Part shown: in pieces, positions 45,130 through 54,742 of the stretch
Layout: every line of letters starts with the position of its first letter
How positions within the stretch are numbered: position 1 is the first letter of the stretch
IMG/VR virus record: IMGVR_UViG_3300032243_000867
Coordinates: 32,001 to 96,000 of that record
DNA from: a virus
Lineage: Duplodnaviria; Caudoviricetes
Direction: 5' to 3' (one strand)
DNA length: 64,000 nt
Program-made: the position numbers and the translations under genes
Notes under the pieces: model-generated
What the model saw: the letters and a program-made list of their open reading frames with translations, nothing else
What the model was told of the DNA's origin: nothing
Databases searched by the model: none

Positions 45130-46506
45130 ATGTCGCTAGACACGAAGCACCGCCCCCGCACCTACGCCGACGTTCTCGGCCAGCGCGAAACGATCACGAT
45201 CCTCAAGCAGTACGTCTCGACGGGCGCGGGCTTTCATCAGTCCTACCTGTTCGCGGGGCCGTTCGGGAGCGGCAAGACGACCCTCGCACGGGTGCTCGCC
45301 CGCTCCCTTCTGTGCTCCGCGCCCGTAGAAGGCGAGCCCTGCGACCGTTGCACCTCGTGCAAGTCTCTCTTGGAAGGGGGCTCTTCGCCCGACTTCTCCG
45401 AGATCGACGCGGCGACGAACAGCGGCAAAGATTCCGTCCGCCGCATCGTGGACGAGATTCAGTACAGCACCTTCAGCGGGAAGCGGAAGCTGTACCTCCT
45501 CGACGAGTCTCACCGCTTGTCCACCGACGCCCTCGACGCCCTTCTCAAACCCTTGGAGGACAACTACCCCGGCACGCAGGACAAGCTCCTCGTCTGTATC
45601 TTCTGCACGACCGAGCCCGAGCGGATGCGAAACACCATCCTCTCCCGATGCGCCCCGGCGTTCGTTGTTCGCCCGGTACTCCCTGCCCAAGTGGGCGAGC
45701 GCCTCGCCGCGGTCTGCGAGTCCGAAGGCATCCCGTACGAGCGCCCCGCCCTCGATCTGATCGGTGAAATCACCGAGTGCCACATCCGCGACGCACTCAA
45801 GGCCGTGGAGGGGGTCTCGATGCTGGGGGGGATCACCGTCGCCAACGTGGCCCAATACCTCCACCTCGACTATGCGGAGTCGGCTCTGGAGGTTCTGTCT
45901 CTCATCAAGACGGACCTCCCCTCCGCCCTTTCCCGCGCCGAGGGGTTGCTCAAGACCATGAGCCCTATCACCTTGTACGAGAGACTCTCGGACATGGCGA
46001 TGTTGTCCTATCGTTCTTCTCTGGGGTCCGCTACGATCCCGACCTACTTGAGTCGGGAAGCCGTTGAAAGCCTTGGCCGAACGGTAGGAACCGAACTTCT
46101 CGACTACTCGGAGAAACTGTCTTCCCGTCCGGGCCGTCCGACGGCGGCGATGCTTCTGTGTGACCTATCCCAGTTGCACCGGGGGCCTCGGCGGTTCTCC
46201 CTCGTACCTGAATCCTCTCCGACCCCCGCCCCCCTTTCAAAGAAGGAGGGTAACGTCAAGCCGCCCAATGCGGATAAACCTTCTATTGTCGATTCGGTCT
46301 ACCTCCACCCCCGCGCCGTCAACGCGAATCGCGACCGGGTCGAGCCTTCTTCGTCTGCTGTGTCCGCTTCGTCTGGGTACACGCCGTTGGAGTTTTTTCA
46401 ACTCGTCAAGCGCCGCGTACAGGAACTAGAACAGCAGGGCGGATCGAATGGCGGATCAACGGGACGAGACGACATGGGCGACTCTGGAACTCACGAAACT
46501 CGGTGA
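45130..46506 (+). CDS. dnaX: DNA polymerase III gamma/tau clamp loader ATPase
   Basis: KHRPRTYADVLGQ, GPFGSGKTT, PCDRCTSC, EIDAA, LDESH, TILSRC. Confidence 0.92.
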   Translation: MSLDTKHRPRTYADVLGQRETITILKQYVSTGAGFHQSYLFAGPFGSGKTTLARVLARSLLCSAPVEGEPCDRCTSCKSLLEGGSSPDFSEIDAATNSGKDSVRRIVDEIQYSTFSGKRKLYLLDESHRLSTDALDALLKPLEDNYPGTQDKLLVCIFCTTEPERMRNTILSRCAPAFVVRPVLPAQVGERLAAVCESEGIPYERPALDLIGEITECHIRDALKAVEGVSMLGGITVANVAQYLHLDYAESALEVLSLIKTDLPSALSRAEGLLKTMSPITLYERLSDMAMLSYRSSLGSATIPTYLSREAVESLGRTVGTELLDYSEKLSSRPGRPTAAMLLCDLSQLHRGPRRFSLVPESSPTPAPLSKKEGNVKPPNADKPSIVDSVYLHPRAVNANRDRVEPSSSAVSASSGYTPLEFFQLVKRRVQELEQQGGSNGGSTGRDDMGDSGTHETR

Positions 46507-47062
46507 GCAGAAGGCCATAGAGGGGAAGCTGGAAGCGTCTCTTCGCTCCCTACTTTCTGTAGACTCCTCCTTTCCTATATTCGTCCCCTACGCGACGTAC
46601 ACTAAAGGGGGGAGGACGGTTAGCGTCCGTTTGATCGAGGGCTATGCCTTCATCGCGACGGGGTTGCCCGAGACTTCTTACTTTCGCCTCGAACGATCCC
46701 AGCTCGTATCGCGGGTCTTCAGCTCCCAGCAACGGAACGGGATGCGGGTTCTTCACTCCTTGCCGAACGGCGAAGTGGAGTCGATGCGGGAACGCTTGGC
46801 GGATTCTCTGGGGGCAGACCTGGAGGTCGGGGCGAAGGTTCGTATCACGGGCGGGAATTACCGCGACCTGGAGGGGGTCGTCATGGATCTGTACGAGAAG
46901 CGCGCCGCTGTTCAGGTCGTATTTCGATCCCTCACGGCGATAGCGGTGGTACCGAGGAATTTGGTCACCTTCTCAAGCCCGGAAGTTTTCCAGACCTCAG
47001 ATTCGGAATCTGAGATTACGGTATCCCTGGAAGAACTACTGGAGGGGGGCTCCCAGCTATGA
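46448..47062 (+). CDS. nusG: NusG-family transcription factor
   Basis: NGN-like IFVP..LIEGYAFI and KOW motif VGAKVRITGGNYRDLEG. Confidence 0.8.
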   Translation: MADQRDETTWATLELTKLGEQKAIEGKLEASLRSLLSVDSSFPIFVPYATYTKGGRTVSVRLIEGYAFIATGLPETSYFRLERSQLVSRVFSSQQRNGMRVLHSLPNGEVESMRERLADSLGADLEVGAKVRITGGNYRDLEGVVMDLYEKRAAVQVVFRSLTAIAVVPRNLVTFSSPEVFQTSDSESEITVSLEELLEGGSQL

Positions 47063-47634
47063 CGGAATGGTTGACGAACCTGTCCGAAGAGGACGTGATC
47101 ACCAGCTTCGGAAGCATCTTCACGGACCCGGACGAGGATGACCTTCGGGTCATCGAGAGGGTTCGCAAGATCCTAGACCGTCTCCCGGTGATCGAGGCCG
47201 ACTTCATCGACTTGTACTTTTTCCGTCACCTCCGTCAAACGGACATCGCCGCGATTTTCGGGGTGTCTCAGCCCACGGTGTGTTACCGCCTACAGAGGGG
47301 CATCCAGCGCATCAAGTACCTACTCGAAGTCCCGAAGGTGAATGCGGTAACGCTTCGCTCGGACCTTCGGAGATTCTTCACCGACCCCACGGACATCGAA
47401 ATTCTCGTTCTCATGTACGAGACGACGTGCCAGAGTGAGACGGCGAAGCGTCTGGGGGTCACGCAGGGGTTCGTCCGACACCGTTTCGTGAGATCCACGA
47501 AGCGTATGAACTCTCACCCCGCCATGAGGTTCTACGGCGAGGTGTTCACTGTCGTTTCCGACAACCTGAACCTACTTCGCGAGGTCCAGCGCACCCTTCC
47601 CGCCGTTCGCGGGGGGTACGTCTTGGACTCTTGA
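47059..47634 (+). CDS. protein with tandem sigma-70 region-4-like HTH domains
   Basis: LRQTDIAAIFGVSQPTV and CQSETAKRLGVTQGFV; no region 2. Confidence 0.65.
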   Translation: MTEWLTNLSEEDVITSFGSIFTDPDEDDLRVIERVRKILDRLPVIEADFIDLYFFRHLRQTDIAAIFGVSQPTVCYRLQRGIQRIKYLLEVPKVNAVTLRSDLRRFFTDPTDIEILVLMYETTCQSETAKRLGVTQGFVRHRFVRSTKRMNSHPAMRFYGEVFTVVSDNLNLLREVQRTLPAVRGGYVLDS

Positions 47635-47671
47635 CCCGCCGCTACCTTCCTTATCTTTCCGCGGTAGGTAG

Positions 47672-48007
47672 ATGGAACCTGACGACAATCCCCTTACCGT
47701 GCGGGTGGTTATGGCCCGATCCGTCGCGGATCGCTGGCTTCGGGGACACACCCGTAGCGAGTACCGCTTCACGGTCTTCGGGTTTCAGAGCCCCGCGAAG
47801 GCCAAAAGGTTCGCTTCGAGCCTTCGGTCCATTCGGGACCGTCAGCTTCGCGTCTCCTCGCACCCCACCCATCTGCCCGTGATTGCGGATCTTGGGGTCA
47901 AAGAGAAGGGGGACGCTGTCGAGCTCTGGTCTTCCAACGTAGAGGCCCTGCGAAAGATCGCCCGCTGGGCGGAGTCCGCGGGAATGAACACCGACTTCAT
48001 CTGGTGA
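47672..48007 (+). CDS. hypothetical putative virion protein
   Basis: ARSVADRWL motif; first gene of the structural block. Confidence 0.6.
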   Translation: MEPDDNPLTVRVVMARSVADRWLRGHTRSEYRFTVFGFQSPAKAKRFASSLRSIRDRQLRVSSHPTHLPVIADLGVKEKGDAVELWSSNVEALRKIARWAESAGMNTDFIW

Positions 48008-48010
48008 ACC

Positions 48011-48439
48011 GTGGCCTACCAGCGAACACTCTCGGCGTTCACTTACCGTAGCGGGGTCGCCCCGAACTACTACTACTTCACGATCTGCCTCGACCAAGGC
48101 GGACTCGTCTCGGTCAAGAACATCGAGAGCCCGCAGGGTCGGATCGTTGACTCACAGACTTCCATCCCGCAGTCCGTGACCGACGACATCCAGTCGGCCA
48201 TCGCCCAAGTGGAGAACCTCGTGGCCCAGACCAGCGCCGTGAATGGCCAACTCACCTTCGCCGGGGAAACCACCAAGACGGTGGCCTTCGTGACGCCCTT
48301 CTCGGGCACGTCCTACCGGGTGGTGTTCTCGGTGCAGGACTTCGTGCCCGTGCGGGTCACCAACAAGCTCACCACGGGCTTCACCGTGTCGGTGGGCGTG
48401 ACCTATTCCGGCACCATCGGCTATGACGTGTTCGTCTAA
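48011..48439 (+). CDS. hypothetical structural protein with C-terminal beta-sandwich
   Basis: C-terminal domain similar to that of the next gene (RVTNKL). Confidence 0.6.
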   Translation: MAYQRTLSAFTYRSGVAPNYYYFTICLDQGGLVSVKNIESPQGRIVDSQTSIPQSVTDDIQSAIAQVENLVAQTSAVNGQLTFAGETTKTVAFVTPFSGTSYRVVFSVQDFVPVRVTNKLTTGFTVSVGVTYSGTIGYDVFV

Positions 48440-48449
48440 GGCTTGACCA

Positions 48450-49634
48450 ATGACCCAGCCCAACATCCAAGCGGACGGGGTGAGAATCGAGCCGGGTTCC
48501 GGCCAGACCCTCACCATCACCCGGGACGCCTCCACGGGCTCCCTGCGCTTTGTGGACAACGCGGTCCCAGGCGGCATCAACCTGTCGTCGCTCGCGGGGC
48601 TGGGCACCATCTCGGGCGTGCTGGTCGTGGGCGCTTCGGGCACGGGCGCGCAGTACACGACCCTTCAGTCGGCCATCAATGCCGTCCCGGCGAATGCCAG
48701 CCTCACGAACCCCTACGTCGTCCTCGTGATGCCCGGTGTGTACAGCGAGAATGTCACCATCGAGAAGGCCGGGATCACCGTGCAGGGCATCGGGCGCGCG
48801 GTGATCCAAGCCGCCGCCGTGGCGGGCACCCTCACGGTGCAGGAAGCCGTCGCTTCCGTCCCGACCTCCCTTACCCTGCGAAACCTCGTGCTCGTCAACG
48901 CCAACAACGGCGAGGCGTGCGTGGACATCGTCGGCGGCGCGGGTAGCACCGTGGGCGCAGACGGGATCACCCTCGACGGGTGCGATCTCCGTCCCACGGG
49001 CGTGGGCGGGTACACGGTCTACGCCGACACGGTGAACTACGTCACCCTCACGGGGTGCCAAGCCACGGGTGCTCCCGGCACGGCGAGCCTTCGGGTGAAC
49101 CAGTGTGCGGGTTTCACCGCCCTCAACAGCGCCCTCCCCGCCGTCCAAGCGGACTACACCACGGCGGGCAGCATCCCTTCGGTGGTGGGCAGTGCCTACT
49201 ACCTGTCGGGATGTCCCTCCGTTGGGAACGTCCTTTCGACACTCACCAACGCCGGGTCGCTGGTCATCAGCGGGTGCCCCTCCGTGGGGAATCTGACCCT
49301 CAACGGAAACCGCACCCTCGCTGTAACCACCTCCAGCGTCGGAAACGTCACGGTCAACGGAAGCACAGCGGCGGCGCTTCGGAACTCGACGCGGGGCACG
49401 GCTGCGGGCGCGGGCACCTTGCTGGAGTCCCAACTGTCGGGCTCGACGGTGTTCGCGGCAAGCGCCACGGAGACAGTGACCTTCCCTGTCGCCCGACCGA
49501 ACGCCAACTACACGGTCGCCTTCGACACGGGGCTGAACACCGTGTCGCGGGTCACGAACAAGCTCGCCACCAGCTTCGACATCGTGTTCACCGCCCCCGT
49601 CAACACCACCGTCTACTGGACCGTTCTCTCATAG
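48450..49634 (+). CDS. fibre/spike-like protein with pectin-lyase-like beta helix
   Basis: YTTLQSAINA..VLVMPGVYSENVTI cap motif; Asn/Gly/Thr/Val-rich. Confidence 0.65.
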   Translation: MTQPNIQADGVRIEPGSGQTLTITRDASTGSLRFVDNAVPGGINLSSLAGLGTISGVLVVGASGTGAQYTTLQSAINAVPANASLTNPYVVLVMPGVYSENVTIEKAGITVQGIGRAVIQAAAVAGTLTVQEAVASVPTSLTLRNLVLVNANNGEACVDIVGGAGSTVGADGITLDGCDLRPTGVGGYTVYADTVNYVTLTGCQATGAPGTASLRVNQCAGFTALNSALPAVQADYTTAGSIPSVVGSAYYLSGCPSVGNVLSTLTNAGSLVISGCPSVGNLTLNGNRTLAVTTSSVGNVTVNGSTAAALRNSTRGTAAGAGTLLESQLSGSTVFAASATETVTFPVARPNANYTVAFDTGLNTVSRVTNKLATSFDIVFTAPVNTTVYWTVLS

Positions 49635-49701
49635 CGATAGATACCCTATCGCGGCCCGTTCACTAGGCGGACCCCAGCCTTGGGTTTCGCCGCTGAGGTG
49701 A

Positions 49702-50235
49702 ATGGTGAGCAACTTCTGGGAAAGCGGCGGTTTCTTCGTCCCGGCTACGGCGGGTTCGCTAGACGCCCACCTGTCGGGAAACTCGACGGTGCGGGACTAC
49801 GCCCGGGGCCGTACGGCTTCCGTGGGGTCAGTCCCCTCGGGAACCCGCGTGGCGTTCGACGGCAAGCTGTCCTCCTTGCTCGCCTACCCCGTGCCCCCGG
49901 AGCGGGGTGACATCGGGACCGTGGTGAGGGTCCGCACGGCGATGGGCGACACCACCGAACACAACGGCATGGTGTTCGTGAAGTTTGACGGTGGCCGGTT
50001 CATGGGCGTTCACCGGGCACACCTCGTCTCTGCCCCGACCGTTACCCGCACCGCGAACGCCTACCGAAGGACGGTCACGGCGATGGGAGATCTCACGGAC
50101 TTTTTGAAGAGTGCGGGGGGTGGGGATGACCTTATCCACAAGAGCTCCAAGGACTTGTGGAAGCTGTCGAAGTCAGACGGCGAGTTCGTGATCGAGCGAC
50201 TGTTCGACGAGACGGGCAAGCCCCTGAAGGTGTGA
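49702..50235 (+). CDS. hypothetical putative virion protein
   Basis: C-terminal DLIHKSSKDLWKL..VIERLFDETGKPLK module; structural block. Confidence 0.6.
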   Translation: MVSNFWESGGFFVPATAGSLDAHLSGNSTVRDYARGRTASVGSVPSGTRVAFDGKLSSLLAYPVPPERGDIGTVVRVRTAMGDTTEHNGMVFVKFDGGRFMGVHRAHLVSAPTVTRTANAYRRTVTAMGDLTDFLKSAGGGDDLIHKSSKDLWKLSKSDGEFVIERLFDETGKPLKV

Positions 50236-50236
50236 G

Positions 50237-51172
50237 ATGACCGACCGCAAGCCCGACCCCAAAAACATCGCGCGCCGCGCCATGATCCGCACGGCGGGTG
50301 AGGTCCGCTTCATCAAGGACAAGTCGAACGACGCCAACCAGTGGGCGTGGAACGACTCCGGTCCCCAAGAGCGGAAGATCACCCCGGACTTCGCGTTCGA
50401 CCCGAGGAACACCAAGCCCCTCGCCAAGGTGCTGCGGTCCACCAACGCGGCACTGGGCCATGCCATGTCGGCCTACGCCATCTTCACGAAGATCAAGTCG
50501 GCGGATGTCTCTCCCGACGGCAGCTTGGGTGGCAAAGGGTACATCCAGAAGATCGCGGAGATGCGACGGGCTTACATGAACGTGGTGGAAGCCATGAGTG
50601 CCCTGTCCGACACCCTGTACGACGAGATCCGTGCGCCTCACTGGGCGGCGGTGTCCCGGCAGGAAGATCCCGAGGAGCGCGCCGAGGTCGAGCAGATCGT
50701 CGAGGATGCCATCGAGATCAAACAAGACCCCGAGGGATGGGCCGAGGACCAAGAAGAAGAGATGGACGAGGAGAACGAGGAAGAGATGGCGAAGGCCGTC
50801 AAGCTCGCGTCTCACCGTTCGTTGGTGTCCTCTATGGATACCGTTCTCACCCCGCAGCAAAAAAAGGCGTTCGCCCGGGTTTCGGGGGAGTTCTATACGG
50901 GGGCGACTTCTTCTCCGAACGCCTTGGTGGCCTCGGTTGAGAGAATCTTGGCTTCGTCCCCTCAGTTGAAAGGGGTGGAGTTTGGGCTGGCCTATGGCGA
51001 ATACGACGGGGACTTCTACGTTCTGTACGTCGGTCCCTTCGATCCTAAAGGCCCAGACGTTTCTAGAGCCGCAAGGGCCAGAGCTTCGACTCTGGCCTAT
51101 GAACTCGATCTGGACGACGGCGGGAAAGACTGGATTATGGATTCCATCCTAACGCAATGGGTGATGGCATGA
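50237..51172 (+). CDS. hypothetical putative virion protein
   Basis: Acidic linker; structural block. Confidence 0.6.
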   Translation: MTDRKPDPKNIARRAMIRTAGEVRFIKDKSNDANQWAWNDSGPQERKITPDFAFDPRNTKPLAKVLRSTNAALGHAMSAYAIFTKIKSADVSPDGSLGGKGYIQKIAEMRRAYMNVVEAMSALSDTLYDEIRAPHWAAVSRQEDPEERAEVEQIVEDAIEIKQDPEGWAEDQEEEMDEENEEEMAKAVKLASHRSLVSSMDTVLTPQQKKAFARVSGEFYTGATSSPNALVASVERILASSPQLKGVEFGLAYGEYDGDFYVLYVGPFDPKGPDVSRAARARASTLAYELDLDDGGKDWIMDSILTQWVMA

Positions 51173-53325
51173 GCTCCCGCACGCCCGATGGCGGCTATAT
51201 GCCTACTTTCGCGAGCAACTATATGCTCGACGGCTTCGATTTCTCCGAGGAGTACGGAGAAGGGCCGCTGATGAACCACAAGGTTCCTACCACGTCCCGT
51301 ACGACGGGTATGCCTGCTGCCGCCCGTTCCGAAGCGGGCATGGCGAAGCTCCCAGACGGGATCGTCACCGCCGACGACCAAGATCGCGAGTCCGCCGAGC
51401 AGTACCCGATGGGGCTCAACGTGTTCGCGGGTGCGGAGGGCACAAACTTGGGAGACCTGTCGGGCATGGTCCGAGAGGCCAACCACATCACCGACCTGTC
51501 GTGGCTAGAACTCGCGGAACAGGACCCCGACCGCCTTCCCCAGCAGCACAACGACAAGGCCCTTCAGGGCCTGGTGGAAGCGTGGGGCACCAACAAGCGC
51601 ACGGACGGGGTAGAGGTCATTCCCAACGTCGTGGTTCCTCCCGCGTCCCGGTCGCAGGTGGCACTTCTTCCCGGCGACGACGCGATGCGTCAAATGGTTG
51701 CCAGCGCGATGCGGAAGTCGGCCTTCGGGGTCCCCTTCGGGAACATCTTGTCCGACCTCGCCGCCCATCTAGGGCCGAACGCCCTGTCCCTCGTGGAAAC
51801 CGACCCCCGGTTTCAGCGGTTCGCAGCGGCGGTGCGCTCGGTCAAGGCCGAACACGGCATCTCGGGCACCCTGTACCTGCGGGATAGCGCGTTCCCCGGG
51901 CTTCTCTCGGGTAAGTGGGATCGGGAGATCAAGAAGCGGTGCGCCAGCGCCCGCTACTGGCTGACCCGTCCGGGATCGAAGCTGGCCGCGTACCAGAACT
52001 ACCTCGGCAAGCAGGTGGTGACAGAGATTCCTTGGAACGAGGCTCTCTCTCACTACCGCCCGACGTTGGAAGCATCCGGCAAACGCCTCGCTTCGGGAAA
52101 CGCCAAGACGGTGCTCGTCTCCGCGCTACGGGCAGAAGCAACCCGTGTCGCACGGGAAACCCATCACACCTATCACCTCACCCCGTCCGAAACGGTGACC
52201 TCGCGCGAGGCGTGGCGGGTGTTTGCGAGTGCCGCGCCCCCCAAGCGGGAGATCCTCCAGAAAGACTCGGTGAGGGTCACCCTCGATCAAGCTCGGCAGC
52301 GGTTCGCTAGCTGGGTACGGGCCGGGATGCTCTCCGAAGACATGGCGCGGAAGGTTCTCGCTTCCGACTTGTCTGTCGAGGACAAGCTGCGGAACGGCGC
52401 GGCGATTGTTGCCCGTGCGACAAAGTCGTCGAAGTATGACGGGCAGGGCGTAGGGGCGAAGTCCCCGGAACGGGCGTCGAAGACCGCCCTCGACGCGGAC
52501 CTCGACGCGCAGCGCCTCGCGGCTGACGTAGAGGCTCGCCGCACCCGTGCGGTGGAAGCGAAGGTCGCAGCCCGGTTCGCTAGCTGGGTGAAGGCGGGGA
52601 TGCTTACGGAAGGGCAGGCGGCAGACCTGATCGGTCGCGACGCCCCGGCCATCGACCGTGTGAGAGCGGGCGCAGCCCTCGCTTCCAAGGCTCGCATCGC
52701 CCAGTACGCGGGAGAAGGCGTCGGGTCCAGCGTTCACACGGGCATCCGCAAGGCTAGCGAAGGTGGGGATACCCGCCCGGTGCTGAAGTACGCGATGCAG
52801 AAGATGAACGAGGGGGCGGCAGGTAACGACCTGGACGTTCTTCTGAACTCGCACTTCTCGCAGGGGTACCTCAAGGGCGCGGGCGAACAGTTGGTGCAGC
52901 TTCGCCGGAAGCACGAAGGTCTGGCGGGTCACGTCTACGTTGCGGCGGATGCATATGCCAGCAAGATGGGGACGACCGGGTGCGACCAGGGCTCTCTGAT
53001 CCACCGGGCGAACCAAGTGAAGGCCGTCCTCCAGATGGAACGCTGCGGTAGCTGCACCCACAACACCGAGGGTCACTGCCAGAAGTACGCGAAGCAACTG
53101 GTGTCCGCCGCCCCGGTGGCTAACCCCGCGAAGTACCAGCGGGAGACCATCCGACTCGCGAATGCCGACGACAGCGAGCGAACGGCGGCGATGTTCAACA
53201 ACTACGACCCCGGCGAGTTCGACCTTCAGAACGACTCTCTCGACACATTCAACTACGACAACCTCCCCGATCACGGAACCCTTCACGGGATTCTGTTCGA
53301 GGGGATGACACTTCCCGAGGAGTGA
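51169..53325 (+). CDS. large putative virion protein with internal repeat
   Basis: Two RFASWV[RK]AGML..Y.G.GVG repeats and a C-terminal Cys cluster. Confidence 0.65.
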   Translation: MSSRTPDGGYMPTFASNYMLDGFDFSEEYGEGPLMNHKVPTTSRTTGMPAAARSEAGMAKLPDGIVTADDQDRESAEQYPMGLNVFAGAEGTNLGDLSGMVREANHITDLSWLELAEQDPDRLPQQHNDKALQGLVEAWGTNKRTDGVEVIPNVVVPPASRSQVALLPGDDAMRQMVASAMRKSAFGVPFGNILSDLAAHLGPNALSLVETDPRFQRFAAAVRSVKAEHGISGTLYLRDSAFPGLLSGKWDREIKKRCASARYWLTRPGSKLAAYQNYLGKQVVTEIPWNEALSHYRPTLEASGKRLASGNAKTVLVSALRAEATRVARETHHTYHLTPSETVTSREAWRVFASAAPPKREILQKDSVRVTLDQARQRFASWVRAGMLSEDMARKVLASDLSVEDKLRNGAAIVARATKSSKYDGQGVGAKSPERASKTALDADLDAQRLAADVEARRTRAVEAKVAARFASWVKAGMLTEGQAADLIGRDAPAIDRVRAGAALASKARIAQYAGEGVGSSVHTGIRKASEGGDTRPVLKYAMQKMNEGAAGNDLDVLLNSHFSQGYLKGAGEQLVQLRRKHEGLAGHVYVAADAYASKMGTTGCDQGSLIHRANQVKAVLQMERCGSCTHNTEGHCQKYAKQLVSAAPVANPAKYQRETIRLANADDSERTAAMFNNYDPGEFDLQNDSLDTFNYDNLPDHGTLHGILFEGMTLPEE

Positions 53326-53329
53326 CCCC

Positions 53330-53959
53330 ATGCGCGTTGCCGCCCCGCCCAAGTTCAAGGTGCTTGTCGCGAACCTATCGGGAAGCTCCGACCCTGCCCG
53401 TAATACGGGCGGCAACCCCGTGAAGCTCCGCACGGGCTTCGTTCTACAGATGCTCCACACCCCTGCGGGAAACGTGCGGACGGGCGGGACTACGCAGCAG
53501 CCCCCGCCCGTCAGCGCGGTCAACAACATGGCCCGGATTCAAGTCGCCGCGGCGACGTACTGGGACCCGTCAGTGGCTCCCCCCGGCCCGTTCTACTACC
53601 AGGAGGAGTGCCGCGCGTTCGACCAGTACCCTCTAGCCGCGACGGATTTCGGCGTGGGTAACGGTAGCGGCGCAGGCCCTGTCAACACCATCGCCAGCGA
53701 CCTTTCCGACTGGTTCAATGCTTCCGTTCCGGGGGTTAGCGCGACCTCCGTGGGCGACACTGTGTACCTCAGTACGAACCGGGTGGACCCCTTGTTTCCG
53801 GTACAGGCCACGAACGATATGTCCGCCCTTCTCGGAGGGGTCACGTTCAACGTCAAGGACGGGGCGGGGACTACTCTCAACGTGGCGGGTCAGAGGCGGC
53901 GTTCGTTCTTCCTACCGAAGACGGTGAAGAGCCAGTCCGCTCCGACGATCCTGCCCTGA
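53330..53959 (+). CDS. hypothetical structural protein
   Basis: ORF in the structural block. Confidence 0.6.
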   Translation: MRVAAPPKFKVLVANLSGSSDPARNTGGNPVKLRTGFVLQMLHTPAGNVRTGGTTQQPPPVSAVNNMARIQVAAATYWDPSVAPPGPFYYQEECRAFDQYPLAATDFGVGNGSGAGPVNTIASDLSDWFNASVPGVSATSVGDTVYLSTNRVDPLFPVQATNDMSALLGGVTFNVKDGAGTTLNVAGQRRRSFFLPKTVKSQSAPTILP

Positions 53960-53973
53960 AGGTAGGGTTTTAT

Positions 53974-54732
53974 ATGTCTGACGACGTAGACGAGATTCTC
54001 GACGAAGAGCTACCTCCCGTTTCGGTGAAGCGGGAAACGAAGTCCCCCTCCCCTTTTATCAAGGTGGATGAGAAGGGCGTTCGTCGATACAAAGGGTACG
54101 TCATCCCTCCAGAGGCCGTCCGAATCAAAGTCGTGGACGAGCTCGGAAAAATTCGCCTTCGGAAGTTCGAGGACCTTCAGAAAGGGGACACTCCGTCCCT
54201 CAACGACTCGGGGCTCCCGATTTTTCTTGAGGGCCAGATCGGTAAACCCAAGAAGGAGGACGACGGGCTTCTTCCCCCGGCGTCGCCTCTGGTCGGGGAT
54301 CTTCTCCGAATCAAGCAGGGGCAGCTACGGAACGATCCCATCCTTCAAGCCGCCGAGTCAGCACCCGAATCCGCCGAGGTTCTGAACCAAGTGGTTCTGG
54401 CCATCGGTGAGGAAGCGGCATCCCTACGCTTCGAGCGCATGGAGGCCGAGCGCAAGGGCACGGACACCTCCCAGCTATCCATGCGCCGCGTCGCGGCCCT
54501 GAAGGCCATCGGAGACACCTGGATCAAGAGGAAAGAACAGATCCAGAGCCGAATGATCGACCTGGAGTCCCCGTCGTTCCAAGCCCTGTTTCAGTTCATC
54601 AGCGAGACGTTCGTGCGGGCGATGCAAAGCGCGGGCGTTCGCCAGGAACTCTCCGACACGGTGATCGCCCAGTTTGCGAAGCAACTGGACGACTCTTGGA
54701 AAAACGAGGCGAAGTCCCGCATGAAGGATTGA
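53974..54732 (+). CDS. hypothetical protein, candidate terminase small subunit
   Basis: Helical, immediately upstream of terL; positional inference only. Confidence 0.45.
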   Translation: MSDDVDEILDEELPPVSVKRETKSPSPFIKVDEKGVRRYKGYVIPPEAVRIKVVDELGKIRLRKFEDLQKGDTPSLNDSGLPIFLEGQIGKPKKEDDGLLPPASPLVGDLLRIKQGQLRNDPILQAAESAPESAEVLNQVVLAIGEEAASLRFERMEAERKGTDTSQLSMRRVAALKAIGDTWIKRKEQIQSRMIDLESPSFQALFQFISETFVRAMQSAGVRQELSDTVIAQFAKQLDDSWKNEAKSRMKD

Positions 54733-54742
54733 CGGCACTCCC

